Shown: in pieces, positions 29,790 through 39,794 of the stretch
How positions within the stretch are numbered: position 1 is the stretch's first letter
Layout: each line of letters starts with the position of its first letter
IMG/VR virus record: IMGVR_UViG_3300049847_000198
Span: 48,082 to 112,081 of that record
Strand: one strand, 5' to 3'
Origin: a virus
DNA: 64,000 nt
The notes under the pieces: model-generated
Database searches by the model: none
Told to the model about the DNA's origin: nothing
Seen by the model: the letters and a program-made list of their open reading frames with translations, nothing else
Translations under genes and position numbers: made by a program

Positions 29790-29811
29790 CTATGTTGATT
29801 GAAGCCAATAA

Positions 29812-30231
29812 CTACGCCAACGTGAATACGCCGTTTGTGCCCAGAAGATTCAGAGCATTTCCATCGGTCACGGTAACATCCGCTGGCGTGGCGTCCAAAA
29901 GTGCGTAAGCAAGAACGCGCCCACCGACCTCATAAATGACAGCGAACCTCGCCACGATGGAACCACCGGAAGCGGTCCATGTGTTGTTCGTCAGGCTGAC
30001 GGTAACGGTCGTTGTGCCAGACAGTCCAAGCGTCACACTCTTGCCACCTGTTGTGTAGCCATTGGCGTTCGCGTGCTCGTTCGTCAGACCGGCATACGTC
30101 GTTGATGCCGCACCAATGTTTGACGTTGAAAGAAACAGCGCACACTTCCATGTATCGCTGTCGATGTCGAAAGTTCCGTCAAGCAGTTTTGTTCTGCCTT
30201 CACTCGTGAGTGTCCACGCGCCAGCGGCCAC
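29812..30231 (-). CDS. Putative virion structural protein
   Basis: IDSDTWKCAL, NGYTTGG, WTASGGSIVARFAVIY. Confidence 0.65.
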   Translation of the reverse strand: MAAGAWTLTSEGRTKLLDGTFDIDSDTWKCALFLSTSNIGAASTTYAGLTNEHANANGYTTGGKSVTLGLSGTTTVTVSLTNNTWTASGGSIVARFAVIYEVGGRVLAYALLDATPADVTVTDGNALNLLGTNGVFTLA

Positions 30232-30242
30232 GGCATGTCTCC

Positions 30243-32432
30243 TTAAAACTTAGTAACCACCGCAGTTGCAGTGGGACGTTTCGTTGTTGCTGATGCTTTC
30301 GCTACTTTAGCGACCACTGAAGCCACGGAACCACCAACGGCGGTTGCGACTGCCTTCGGGCGGGATACTACACAATTCGCCTTGGGCGTGAATACCACAG
30401 CCGAAGCAATAGTGACGCCTTCCTCAACCAAGGCGGCAATTGCGTTCTGCATCGAGACCGTGAGCGACGTGTGACTGAAAACGCAATCCACGGGAGTCAA
30501 CGCGATTGCTAATTGACCAGTCAGAGTCATCGAACTTGAGATTGGCGTGACGTTCGTTTCCGTTGTTACGGTCAAGCCGGAACCAGACACGGCCAACGAT
30601 GACGATCCGGGGCTTGCGTTTGTCTCCAAAAACACGACCGGATATGCCGCTGTTGCAATCAGTGATGCCGGGGACGGAATCGCGTCAATTGGCGTCTTTA
30701 CGTCCGCAGGCTGACCAGACACGACAAGACTTGCCGCGTCTGGATGAATGACGATTGCTTCGTTCGCAATCAGCGACTGACCAGAAAGAACCAGAAAAGA
30801 TGCCGATGGAGTTAAGTTGGATTCGGCAGTGACCAGTAGATTTCCGCCACTCGCAGACAACGAGACGGAACTGGGACTGATGTTCGATTCTGTCGTGACA
30901 ATTAGCGACTGGCCTGAAAGAATCAGACTGCCCGCTGTTGGCGAGAGATTCTCTCCAAACGTCACCAATAGCGATTGCCCTGACGTAGCGAGGCTTTGGT
31001 TGACTGGAGTTACGTTCGTTGCAGTCGAGACAACCAGTGCTTGCGAAGAAAGAGTCAGCGAAGAAGCAGAGAAAGAGACGTTCGTGTCCGTTGTTGCCAG
31101 CAGCGATTGACCTGTGAGCGTCAGGCTTGCAGCACTTGGTGATGCGTTTTCTTCCAGAAACACCGTTGGCGACTGCCCAGAAAGCACTAGAGACACGGCG
31201 TCTGGAGTGAGCGTCAAGCCGATAGTGATTTCAAGATTCTGCCCGTTCAGCACCAAACTGCTGGATGATGGAGCAAGATTCGTTTCTGTTGTTACCAATA
31301 AATCTTGCAGAGACGCAGTCAGCGATGCCGACGCAGGGGATACATTTGATTCGGTAGTGACTAACAGTAACCGACCTGACGCAACGAGACTTACGCTAGA
31401 TGGAGTTACGTTAGATTCCGTGGTAACTAAAAGAGACTGACCGGAAGTCGCCAGGGTCGCATTGCTCGGCGATATGTTCGAGTCAGTCGTGATCAGAAGC
31501 GACTGAGGCGTCGTCGCGAGAGACGCCGCAAGAGGCGTTGCGTTTGTCTCTTTTGTGACGACCAGTGATTGACCAGAAGCTGTGAGGCTTGCCAATGAAG
31601 GCGTGACGTTCGTGTCTTTTGTGACAAGCAGCGACTGTCCGCTAGTAATCAGAGACCCAGATGTTGGTGTCACGTCAGTCGGTACAGAAGACGGAACAGG
31701 CCGCAACGCAACCGCCGCGATGGCCCAGACCATGCCCATATCGAGTCCGGTCCAACTCATCGTCACGGCACCAGCCGGAGTTTTCTGGCCCTCGGTTGAT
31801 GAGCACGCTGAACCTGACACACCCGTGATATTACTACGCTCAGTCTGCCCGGCACCGACAGCGACAATCATGTCTGTCGTGGATAGGCAATCGACAACGA
31901 AATCGCCATCAACCGTCGTCGTGACATCGACCGTCGCGTCATCCGAACCCATCCCACCGCCACCGCTGTTTGAACTGAACGCCTCGGACGAGGTCGATTG
32001 ATCGACGTTCGTAAAACTGTTGGCAGTTGCCGCCGAGTCGATGCTCCCAGACAGCGTGACCGTGCAAGATTTCGTGCCACTGTTCGGGGCGACGAGTCCC
32101 CACAATTCCGAACGGCAGATTCCGTTCGTGACTGTTCCAAGTGATGTAAAAGACTGCCCATCTCGCGTGATGCTGCTCACGCTCCCTCCGACACTCATGA
32201 TTCCGACAGAGATGACGAGGTATCTGTTGCTGCCAGAACAGGTCACGTTCCAGGAATAGCTCGACTGGAAAATCTGAGCACCGGAGTTTGATGTCTGGTC
32301 CCAGACGACCGTTGTCGGTGCCGCCGCTGGCATGAGTACCGCAACGCCAGGGGGCTTAGCGACACGATCCCAGCGTTGCCAAAGTCTCTGCCTTGGAAAT
32401 ACTCGCGTCAGCCTGTGGAACAAACCCGGCAT
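30243..32432 (-). CDS. Ser/Thr-rich virion fibre/adhesin with ~22-aa tandem repeats
   Basis: Roughly 18-20 copies of TPSxASLxxSGQSLLVTxExNV. Confidence 0.7.
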   Translation of the reverse strand: MPGLFHRLTRVFPRQRLWQRWDRVAKPPGVAVLMPAAAPTTVVWDQTSNSGAQIFQSSYSWNVTCSGSNRYLVISVGIMSVGGSVSSITRDGQSFTSLGTVTNGICRSELWGLVAPNSGTKSCTVTLSGSIDSAATANSFTNVDQSTSSEAFSSNSGGGGMGSDDATVDVTTTVDGDFVVDCLSTTDMIVAVGAGQTERSNITGVSGSACSSTEGQKTPAGAVTMSWTGLDMGMVWAIAAVALRPVPSSVPTDVTPTSGSLITSGQSLLVTKDTNVTPSLASLTASGQSLVVTKETNATPLAASLATTPQSLLITTDSNISPSNATLATSGQSLLVTTESNVTPSSVSLVASGRLLLVTTESNVSPASASLTASLQDLLVTTETNLAPSSSSLVLNGQNLEITIGLTLTPDAVSLVLSGQSPTVFLEENASPSAASLTLTGQSLLATTDTNVSFSASSLTLSSQALVVSTATNVTPVNQSLATSGQSLLVTFGENLSPTAGSLILSGQSLIVTTESNISPSSVSLSASGGNLLVTAESNLTPSASFLVLSGQSLIANEAIVIHPDAASLVVSGQPADVKTPIDAIPSPASLIATAAYPVVFLETNASPGSSSLAVSGSGLTVTTETNVTPISSSMTLTGQLAIALTPVDCVFSHTSLTVSMQNAIAALVEEGVTIASAVVFTPKANCVVSRPKAVATAVGGSVASVVAKVAKASATTKRPTATAVVTKF

Positions 32433-32435
32433 TGA

Positions 32436-32915
32436 TTATCCACGTTCCTGGAAGTTGAGTTGAACACAGAGGTCGGCAGACGTGATCGTGTTGACTAATC
32501 TCAATCCCCATGTGTCACCCGGAGCAATCGTTTGTCTCTCTTCTGGCGTCGGCTGGTACGCCCATCCTGACAATGACGGGAAACCCTGTAGTCCGTCAGC
32601 GTCAACAATCGCCCCGCCCTGAGCGATAGCCCCGTATGTCGGCTCAGAGGCTGTGACATTCGCTTTGACTGTTGATGCCGCAGCTTGATCGCCTTTCTCA
32701 GCTTTAGTCGGTGTGATCGTCGTTGCGGTCGGCGTTCCCAGAGTAGTGACACGCTGCAAGCAACAAAGAAGCTGCTCGTTCGTTTCGTTAGATTCATTTG
32801 TGACATAGCACGAAAGAATGTCAACGACGATCGTTGATGGAACAGTGATGTAGAGCAGGGTTTTTCCAGTCGTCACGCCTGCAATTCGATAATTCGCGCC
32901 GTAAACGCCACGCAT
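32436..32915 (-). CDS. Putative virion structural protein
   Basis: Jelly-roll-like; YQPTPEER motif. Confidence 0.55.
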   Translation of the reverse strand: MRGVYGANYRIAGVTTGKTLLYITVPSTIVVDILSCYVTNESNETNEQLLCCLQRVTTLGTPTATTITPTKAEKGDQAAASTVKANVTASEPTYGAIAQGGAIVDADGLQGFPSLSGWAYQPTPEERQTIAPGDTWGLRLVNTITSADLCVQLNFQERG

Positions 32916-32919
32916 GATA

Positions 32920-35900
32920 TCACCTTTGGTAAATTGGTTGTCGTTGTCTTCGCATCATCGGAACGATGCTGCTTTGTGGAGGTGCTGAGAAAATCCACCC
33001 CGTGTTGCCGCTTACGTTAGTTGAATTCGCTCCGGCGTAGAACGTCGCTCCGCCTGTCGCGGCTGAGTCCTGGATGCTCATGTAATCGACGGAGATTGTG
33101 CCGCTTGCACACGAGATGGTTGCTGGTGACGCTCCGACTGTTGAGACCAGCTTCGCGAGGTTTCCGGCGGAACCATTCGTCGCAAACCCGGAAACGGTAT
33201 GAGTTACTCCGGCCAGCATTAGCAACCCATTAGTCATCCCAGCAACATTCGCTGTCAACAGGTTATAAGTTCCGGCACTCTGAAGAGTCACTTTATCTGT
33301 GTTGATTGTGACGTTGTTTAGTGTATTTGAATTTGCATCAAAAGTATGTGCTATCGTTGTCGAACCAGGATTTACGATTATCGTTGATGTGCCACTGTTG
33401 ACCGTGCCGTTTGGAAAACTTAATACACTTTGCCGAGTGTCTTCGGCGGTTATTGTGATAACTCCGCTTCTAAAAAATGTCGTAGTTCCAGTTGCAGAAG
33501 CGATACCCCTTGTCGTTGTTAGATTAAACCCATTCAAATCAAACGTCCCGCTTTGCGTATCTACGTTTGTGTTTTGTCGAGTCTCCGACAAATTGTCTCC
33601 AAGTAACACAGTTCCATTTATTGTGTCGCACATAACTGCTTGAGGTAGAGTTACACCGTTGCTTGTGAGTGTCGAATTAACGCCGCGACCTCGGAAATAG
33701 ATTGAGGTTGTTCCTGTTACCGTGACTGCCATCCCTGTCGCGAACGTCAATGAACCGTAAACGTAAGGCCGTGTCGCTGATGTTGAAAACGTCAGTCCTG
33801 TAGAACCAGTGAAATTTACATTTCTGCCAATATCTCCAGAATCTTGTGTAATCGTCTGAGCCGAAAACGCCTGATTGATGACCACGTCATCCTGCGGCAG
33901 TGGGACTCGTGAAGTCCAAGCGTTCGCCGACCAGTTACCTCCACTCGTCCCGCTCCAAGTCTGCGTTGCGGAAGTCGTGAACGTGATACCGGAATTCCCA
34001 CCGCAGTCACCAACAATGCTACCCGACAAGTTCCAGTTTGCCGAACCCGCTCCAGTGATGTCCTCAAATAGAACTTGGGAAGCTGTCACTGTTCCGTTGC
34101 AGGTGATGGTTCGGGTTGTGCCTCGTGTGTTGCTTCCGAAATACATCCTAGAGTTTGTTGAATTAAACCCGGTCAAAACAAGAGCATGGCTGATTGTGTG
34201 GTTTGTTGAGATTAAAACGGTTAGTGCTGCTGTTGGAATGATTGAGAAGTCGTACAACGTGAGTGATGTCGTCGAAATGAAGCCTGTGCAGGTAATTTTT
34301 GAAGTTCCGGCGGTGATCGTTGAACCGCTTGCCGTGAACGTCGTACCTGATATCTGAGATGCTCCGAGGGACTGAGTTCCGCCTGTCATTCCGATTGTTG
34401 AAGAGGCCGTGATGGTCAGGTTAGTCGCAGAGAGCGAACCACTCGAATTGCTGAACGTCGTGCAATTCAGCGACCCTGTCCCCCATACCACCGTGGCTCC
34501 GCTAATTGTAAACGCCGTGCAAGTAACTGCTGAAGAACCCCAGTCAACCGAATTACCGGCGAACAACGTCATCGTACTGGAAGCCGTGACGGTTAAATTC
34601 GTAGCAATGAAAGTCGCCGTCGTGCTCTTAGAGAACGTCGTGCAATTAAGTGAACCAGTTCCCCAAGAAACCGTCGCACCGTTCGCTGTGAATCCCGTGC
34701 ATGTAACGGCTGACGAACCCCACGAAACCGTCCCACCAGACAGACCAATTGTGCTGCTTCCCGTCCACGTCAGATTCGTTGCAGTCAATGAACCGCTACT
34801 CACAGCAAACGTCGTACATCCAACCGTTGCCGTTCCCCACGTCACCGTCGCGTTACTAATGGTGATTGCCCCGCTCGTGAACCCCGACGAACCAAACGCA
34901 ACCGTTCCGCTCGTGCTGATAGTGACCGCTCCGGCTCCCGTAATCGTCAGACTGTCGAATGTGCAAGCCCCGGTCCCTGTAATCGAGACGCTGCCAGCCG
35001 TGATGGCTGACGTTCCAAGCGTTGTCGTACCTGCCGACAGCGAGAACGCTCCCGTCACCGTCACCGCTTTGCTGTTCGTGTTGAGCGTGCCGTTTGATTG
35101 AGTTAAGGAAGTCCCGCTCATGGCGTCGTTGAACAGCCATGAACCGCCAGAACCACTGAATGTGATTGCTGCAATCGTCTTACCACCAAAGTCCAGAGTC
35201 TCTTGAGCAGCTTGCGTCTTGCTGATTGTGATTGCTCCGGCACCAGAATAGGTCATGCCGGACACTAGCTTTAGAAGCACTCCATTGCTGTTTGCTACTC
35301 CACCCGAAAGTGATAATCCATTAGTAGCGGTAAGCGTCCCAGTGTAACCAGAACAGTCTAGGCTATTAGCGATGCAGGAAGTGTCTAATGTAACATTACC
35401 GGAAGTTGAATCAATCAATACCTCGTATGTATTTGTAGGAACGACACCATTGAGCCACGTTCCAGTTGCTGACCAGTTACCACCAGCAGGGACTGGAGTT
35501 GTAGTGAAATATATTCCAGAAACATTTGAAGTTATCAACTTTCCATTTTTTGCTAACCACTTTGCACCACCAGTGCAATTCAAGTCCTTTGTGTTTATGT
35601 AATCAAGTGTCACCGTCCCTGTTGACTTAGATAGGTTTGCCTTGGTTGCCGACACCGTTGTGATAATTCTGCAAAAATTCCCAACAGACCCGTTCGTTGT
35701 CATAGACGTTGTTATCGTCTGGGTAGTAGAGGCTGTTAAAACAGTACCAACAGAACCTCCTGCGTTATTCAAGTTCAGGACGTTAAAAGTGTTAGAACCA
35801 CTGACAGTCACGTTATCGTTTGAAAAAGTAACTACGTTAAAGGTTTTGCCTCCGCCTGCAAAAGTAGTTGAAGACCCGCTTACAATAATCGTTGAAGTGT

Positions 35901-36537
35901 CAGCATTAAACGTCGGAGCGGATGTAGCGAAATCCCAGACTGTGCCAGTACCCGTACAAGTCCACGTCGTTGCTCCGAGAGTCAGAGTTTTGGTGCCGGA
36001 AGACGTGACGTACTTTCCGCAACTGACAGCGAATCCATTAGCGTTAAAGGTGCCTGCCGTGTGTGTGAACGTACCAGTCACCGCGTTCGTGATTGCTGAA
36101 TTTAGTAGATAACTCGATCCGGCCCCGTTGACTGTCAAATTCCCGCACGTCTTGCCACCAAAATCAATCGTCTGCTGTGTCCCGTTTGTGCTGACTAATG
36201 AGAATGCAGAAGTCGTCGTACTTCCAAGCGTGTACGTCATCCCGGAGACTAGCTTAAGAGCGACGTTGCTCGCTCCAGCGGTTCCATCACCTATAGAAAT
36301 CGTAGTGCTGGCGTTGTGCGTAAACGTGCCTGTGAATCCTGTGAAGTTCAGAGAGCGGCAAACGTTCGTTGAGTTTGTCTTCGTGACAGTCACAGCACCA
36401 GAAGATGCGTCGAAGAACACGTCGTCAGCGGCCGCAGGAACAGCCTGACCTCCAGCACCACCTGACGTGAGTGCCCACTTTGTGCCTGCTGTGGAGTCCC
36501 ACGACGCAGTTCCACCAACCCAATATCTGGAAGCTAT
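32920..36537 (-). CDS. Large Thr/Ser/Gly-rich beta-helix adhesin/tail fibre (probable ATA start)
   Basis: Frame extends 39 codons beyond the track start to ATA GCT TCC AGA TAT TGG; WS...VP...DDV motifs; internal repeats. Confidence 0.75.
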   Translation of the reverse strand: MASRYWVGGTASWDSTAGTKWALTSGGAGGQAVPAAADDVFFDASSGAVTVTKTNSTNVCRSLNFTGFTGTFTHNASTTISIGDGTAGASNVALKLVSGMTYTLGSTTTSAFSLVSTNGTQQTIDFGGKTCGNLTVNGAGSSYLLNSAITNAVTGTFTHTAGTFNANGFAVSCGKYVTSSGTKTLTLGATTWTCTGTGTVWDFATSAPTFNADTSTIIVSGSSTTFAGGGKTFNVVTFSNDNVTVSGSNTFNVLNLNNAGGSVGTVLTASTTQTITTSMTTNGSVGNFCRIITTVSATKANLSKSTGTVTLDYINTKDLNCTGGAKWLAKNGKLITSNVSGIYFTTTPVPAGGNWSATGTWLNGVVPTNTYEVLIDSTSGNVTLDTSCIANSLDCSGYTGTLTATNGLSLSGGVANSNGVLLKLVSGMTYSGAGAITISKTQAAQETLDFGGKTIAAITFSGSGGSWLFNDAMSGTSLTQSNGTLNTNSKAVTVTGAFSLSAGTTTLGTSAITAGSVSITGTGACTFDSLTITGAGAVTISTSGTVAFGSSGFTSGAITISNATVTWGTATVGCTTFAVSSGSLTATNLTWTGSSTIGLSGGTVSWGSSAVTCTGFTANGATVSWGTGSLNCTTFSKSTTATFIATNLTVTASSTMTLFAGNSVDWGSSAVTCTAFTISGATVVWGTGSLNCTTFSNSSGSLSATNLTITASSTIGMTGGTQSLGASQISGTTFTASGSTITAGTSKITCTGFISTTSLTLYDFSIIPTAALTVLISTNHTISHALVLTGFNSTNSRMYFGSNTRGTTRTITCNGTVTASQVLFEDITGAGSANWNLSGSIVGDCGGNSGITFTTSATQTWSGTSGGNWSANAWTSRVPLPQDDVVINQAFSAQTITQDSGDIGRNVNFTGSTGLTFSTSATRPYVYGSLTFATGMAVTVTGTTSIYFRGRGVNSTLTSNGVTLPQAVMCDTINGTVLLGDNLSETRQNTNVDTQSGTFDLNGFNLTTTRGIASATGTTTFFRSGVITITAEDTRQSVLSFPNGTVNSGTSTIIVNPGSTTIAHTFDANSNTLNNVTINTDKVTLQSAGTYNLLTANVAGMTNGLLMLAGVTHTVSGFATNGSAGNLAKLVSTVGASPATISCASGTISVDYMSIQDSAATGGATFYAGANSTNVSGNTGWIFSAPPQSSIVPMMRRQRQPIYQR

Positions 36538-36619
36538 GGTTACTGCCCGTCCTTCCTTAAATCAGATTAAAAATCAACGTCGCGCTGATCCGCGTGAATC
36601 GGTCGCGGAGTCGCTCTTT

Positions 36620-36838
36620 TTAGTTCACAACAACCGTGTGCTTGGTATCAGAAATCCGAGTGCATCTATGTGACACACCGCCAACCGTCACGTCAAAAAA
36701 TACGCCCTCTCCGCCGTCGCCAGTCAGTGCCGTCTGTGAATCCAGAAACGGCCACATGAGATGCGTAAGACAGGTAACAGTGGTTCCGTCGTTGGTGGAA
36801 CCATCAAGCGCAGCGAGATCGTTTTGGAGTTGCGACAT
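36620..36838 (-). CDS. Hypothetical protein
   Basis: 72-aa ORF. Confidence 0.45.
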   Translation of the reverse strand: MSQLQNDLAALDGSTNDGTTVTCLTHLMWPFLDSQTALTGDGGEGVFFDVTVGGVSHRCTRISDTKHTVVVN

Positions 36839-36944
36839 AGTGTCGGGATCGTATCAAAGAGAACGCCAACACAGAAAGAGCGGAAGCGGGGGGATCGGGC
36901 TGGATGCCAGCGACATCGACCGGAATCGCTCCCCGCTCGCAGTG

Positions 36945-37715
36945 TCAAACGCCGATATACATCATGTAGCCATTGGACGCGAGGAAGTCGATCATCCCCT
37001 GAGACAGCCCTCCAGTGAACGGAGCGTAATCTGAGTCAAACGTGTTTAGAGTGTACGAATATTCCCCAAGTTTCTCGGATTTTATGCCCGTCGTCGGATT
37101 TGCGATCCTCTGGCGAGCCTGCCAGCGTGCAGCCACTTCGTTGAGTATCTGCGCCTTCAGATCGTAGAAGTCGCCATTGAGATCCGTAGCCGAAAAACCG
37201 CTCACGAACTCGACGCGAATCGTTCCTGCCGTTGAGGGCCAATCCCGTCCTGAGCGAATCAATCCGCCACTCTCACCCCACGCCGTGCCGCCGCTGACGC
37301 CGCGACTGGACTCCAAGTAGTAGTCGGTTTCCGGGTTGAGCAACGAACCAGCCGGAAAGTCATCAGGTCCATTTCCTGCCAATGCGCCTGCATCGACATA
37401 GACGGAAACGATTTCTTTGACCCAGTACGTCGGTAGCTGGATGCGGTTCCTCATGCGCGACTGATAGTACCTGCCGCTAGAAGGCGAATAGACCGCAGAG
37501 ATGTTTGCCGTGCTAACGGTCGTGCCTGTCGGCTTGTTGTATTCTGGCAAAAACGTGACGATCTGTTGCTCTGTGATCTGCCACTTCGCCTGGTTCCTGA
37601 CTGCCGCTTCCACGCCTTTACGCAGCAATTCAACGGTATTCCGAACCAAGTCCGTGGGTTCGGCAATGCCTAGCAAAAGAAAAACGTCGTCGTTTGAAAC
37701 AATGTCCGTGGCCAT
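36945..37715 (-). CDS. Head-tail adaptor / head completion protein
   Basis: IQLPTYWVKEIVSV, IRVEFVSGF, IKSEKLGEYSYT. Confidence 0.75.
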   Translation of the reverse strand: MATDIVSNDDVFLLLGIAEPTDLVRNTVELLRKGVEAAVRNQAKWQITEQQIVTFLPEYNKPTGTTVSTANISAVYSPSSGRYYQSRMRNRIQLPTYWVKEIVSVYVDAGALAGNGPDDFPAGSLLNPETDYYLESSRGVSGGTAWGESGGLIRSGRDWPSTAGTIRVEFVSGFSATDLNGDFYDLKAQILNEVAARWQARQRIANPTTGIKSEKLGEYSYTLNTFDSDYAPFTGGLSQGMIDFLASNGYMMYIGV

Positions 37716-37741
37716 AAAGAGTCTCCGATTTTCGCGGCAGT

Positions 37742-38035
37742 CTACAGATTGCCCGTTCGCTCAGCCAACTCGGAATACGCTCGCATTCGGTCCTGAAGGC
37801 TGTCTTTCAACATCTCGATTTCTTTGTCGCGCAGTGAGAGTTGTTCAAGAAAAGCCTTCCGCTCTCCGCGAGACAGTTCCATTTCAGACAAGAACATCAC
37901 GATGTGCTTCCCTGCCATCAGGTGTCCGTGGCTTCGATGCAGCATCTCTCCAGACGGAGAAACCACACGGAGTTCTTCCTTGTAAAGACTGACGGTCCAC
38001 TTTCCAGTCACGCACTCAACTTCTACTTTTTCCAT
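37742..38035 (-). CDS. Hypothetical protein
   Basis: AAGGA RBS. Confidence 0.55.
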   Translation of the reverse strand: MEKVEVECVTGKWTVSLYKEELRVVSPSGEMLHRSHGHLMAGKHIVMFLSEMELSRGERKAFLEQLSLRDKEIEMLKDSLQDRMRAYSELAERTGNL

Positions 38036-38068
38036 TTCGTTCTTCCTTAAAAAGAGACCTCTTACGCA

Positions 38069-38097
38069 TTGCGATTGTATGTTTGTTTTGGTAGAAA
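38069..38097 (+). promoter_or_regulatory. Phage promoter motif TTGCGA-N17-TAGAAA
   Basis: GTTTGTTTTGG spacer; at a strand-divergence point. Confidence 0.6.
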
Positions 38098-38106
38098 CTC
38101 AACGCC

Positions 38107-38271
38107 ATGGGAGAACTAACGGTGTATCGTCACGTTTCCGTTTTTGATCGTCGTGTCGCCGTCTGCGTCAAGCAGAAAGCAGCCGTTTCGGAATGGCGAT
38201 ACATGCGTGATTCAGCCAAGAAAACCTTGCGTGAACTCTACGTTGGTTCGATTTTCAGGAAGACGAAATGA
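38107..38271 (+). CDS. Small hypothetical protein (54 aa)
   Basis: Follows the promoter; ATGA overlap with the next ORF. Confidence 0.5.
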   Translation: MGELTVYRHVSVFDRRVAVCVKQKAAVSEWRYMRDSAKKTLRELYVGSIFRKTK

Positions 38272-38471
38272 GCGACCGTTACGACGAATCAATCTTTGAC
38301 GAATGGTTTCTGTCTGAAGTGCGAGACGTATGCTCGTTTCCGGGTTGGTGCGTAATGGGGGCTTCGCCACACCTACCCCACGAATGCCTGCATGTTGACG
38401 ATGCCGCACGCTACTACGAAATGATCGAGCAAGAATTCTCGTCCACAGAAGAAGTCAGCGACGAGCCTTAA
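38268..38471 (+). CDS. Small acidic hypothetical protein
   Basis: Coupled ORF. Confidence 0.5.
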   Translation: MSDRYDESIFDEWFLSEVRDVCSFPGWCVMGASPHLPHECLHVDDAARYYEMIEQEFSSTEEVSDEP

Positions 38472-38492
38472 CCACAAGAACGGAGTCCTAAG

Positions 38493-39167
38493 TTGCAATT
38501 TTCATTCACGATGCCGAACGGTGCCACCAAGGAATGCCGTATCGGGTACTCAATCGCCATCGAAGCGAACAAGAAAATCCGCGAACAGCGTGCTGCGGAA
38601 TGGCAATCACGCAACGACATGATCGCCAAGAACTTCCCGGAAGGCGACGCGAAGAAAGAGGCGTTGCTGAACGAACTCAAAGGTTTCTTTGAGACGCAGA
38701 TTCCAAGCGAAGAAGAGGTTCGCGTTTGGTGCATGGAACCTGAAGGGCAACTCTTCTGCTTCGCCACTGGTTCAGGTCTCTCCGTCGAAGACGCCAAGGC
38801 GGCATACGACTCCCTCAACGAAGAACAGCTTCTTGAGATGTGGCACTCGCTGTGGGTCGTGTTCCGTGGAAAATCGCAGGCTGATGCGATCCGCAAAGAA
38901 AGGCAGCTTGCCGCCAAGGCGGACGCCGACAAACAGGAAGTCGAGTACGTTGCGCGTCAGGAGATCATCACGCTGTCGTTCAACGTCCACGCCCAGCTTG
39001 GAACTGAGAAGTACCGAGAACTGATGGATGCGGTCATGTCTGTGCATGGCGTTCTTGGCCACGAAGAAATGATCAAGTCGCTCGGCGATGTTCTCGACAA
39101 GGCAGAGAAGGCTGAAAAAGCGAAGACAACCAAGGAACCGCTTCCTGGTCAGAAAGAGCTTTTCTAA
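38493..39167 (+). CDS. Putative tail assembly chaperone-like protein
   Basis: VWCMEPEGQLFCF resembles FLGSPEGKVFSLW of 10926..11924. Confidence 0.4.
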   Translation: MQFSFTMPNGATKECRIGYSIAIEANKKIREQRAAEWQSRNDMIAKNFPEGDAKKEALLNELKGFFETQIPSEEEVRVWCMEPEGQLFCFATGSGLSVEDAKAAYDSLNEEQLLEMWHSLWVVFRGKSQADAIRKERQLAAKADADKQEVEYVARQEIITLSFNVHAQLGTEKYRELMDAVMSVHGVLGHEEMIKSLGDVLDKAEKAEKAKTTKEPLPGQKELF

Positions 39168-39379
39168 TGTCCGATCGCGTCGTCAAGGAAGGAGGCTGCA
39201 ACTGCCGCAAGCGCAGGAAGCGTGACGAAGAAGTCTCGCTGGAGATCGCCAACGCTCGACTGACAATCTGTGCTGGCTGTGTTCAGTTTGAGAAGAACTG
39301 CAAACTGCTGCCGACGAAAGAGCTGATGGTCGAGGTCAAGAAACTCGTTTCGCCGTGTCCTCTGGGACTGCACCAATGA
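39167..39379 (+). CDS. Small Cys-rich protein
   Basis: GCNC...RLTICAGC...CPLG. Confidence 0.55.
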   Translation: MSDRVVKEGGCNCRKRRKRDEEVSLEIANARLTICAGCVQFEKNCKLLPTKELMVEVKKLVSPCPLGLHQ

Positions 39380-39477
39380 GAAACCACGATTACGCCAAAC
39401 TGGAATGCACAGAATGCGGAGAGATGGTCAGTAAGTACGAATGGGACGCCGGGATATGCTACGAATGCCGCTACTCT

Positions 39478-39777
39478 CTACTCTCCGTCGAAATGACTGA
39501 CGAAGGTGTTGATTATCCAGACGCCGCCACTGGCGAACATCCCGTCGAGAAACCATGAGATACTTTCAGGTGCCACGTGGCACTCGAAAGTTGGACTCCA
39601 GCAAGTCAACGAAAGTGCAAAACCTACCCAAGTCCCCGTACACATCATGCACGAGAACAGTTCGCTCAGCCACTTGCTGCGTGGCTCCAGCCAGTTGCGG
39701 AACGGCTCAAGCTGCTTCGAGTAGACCAAAATCTGGCTCAAGCCGAACGCGGTTATTAGCCAAACGAAGAAGTTCAT
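39478..39777 (-). CDS. DUF1360-like membrane protein
   Basis: PFRNWL...ELFSCMMCTGTWVG; TM segments. Confidence 0.65.
   Translation of the reverse strand: MNFFVWLITAFGLSQILVYSKQLEPFRNWLEPRSKWLSELFSCMMCTGTWVGFALSLTCWSPTFECHVAPESISWFLDGMFASGGVWIINTFVSHFDGE
39570..39583. repeat. parS-like palindrome (GTGCCACGTGGCAC)
   Basis: TTTCAGGTGCCACGTGGCACTCGAAAG, full consensus. Confidence 0.85.
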
Positions 39778-39794
39778 TGGTTAAATCCACTGGT

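Noticed and set aside
36880-36940. GC-rich hairpin after the adaptor gene as a riboswitch or terminator
   Set aside because: A stem exists, but there is no clear U tract or aptamer motif.
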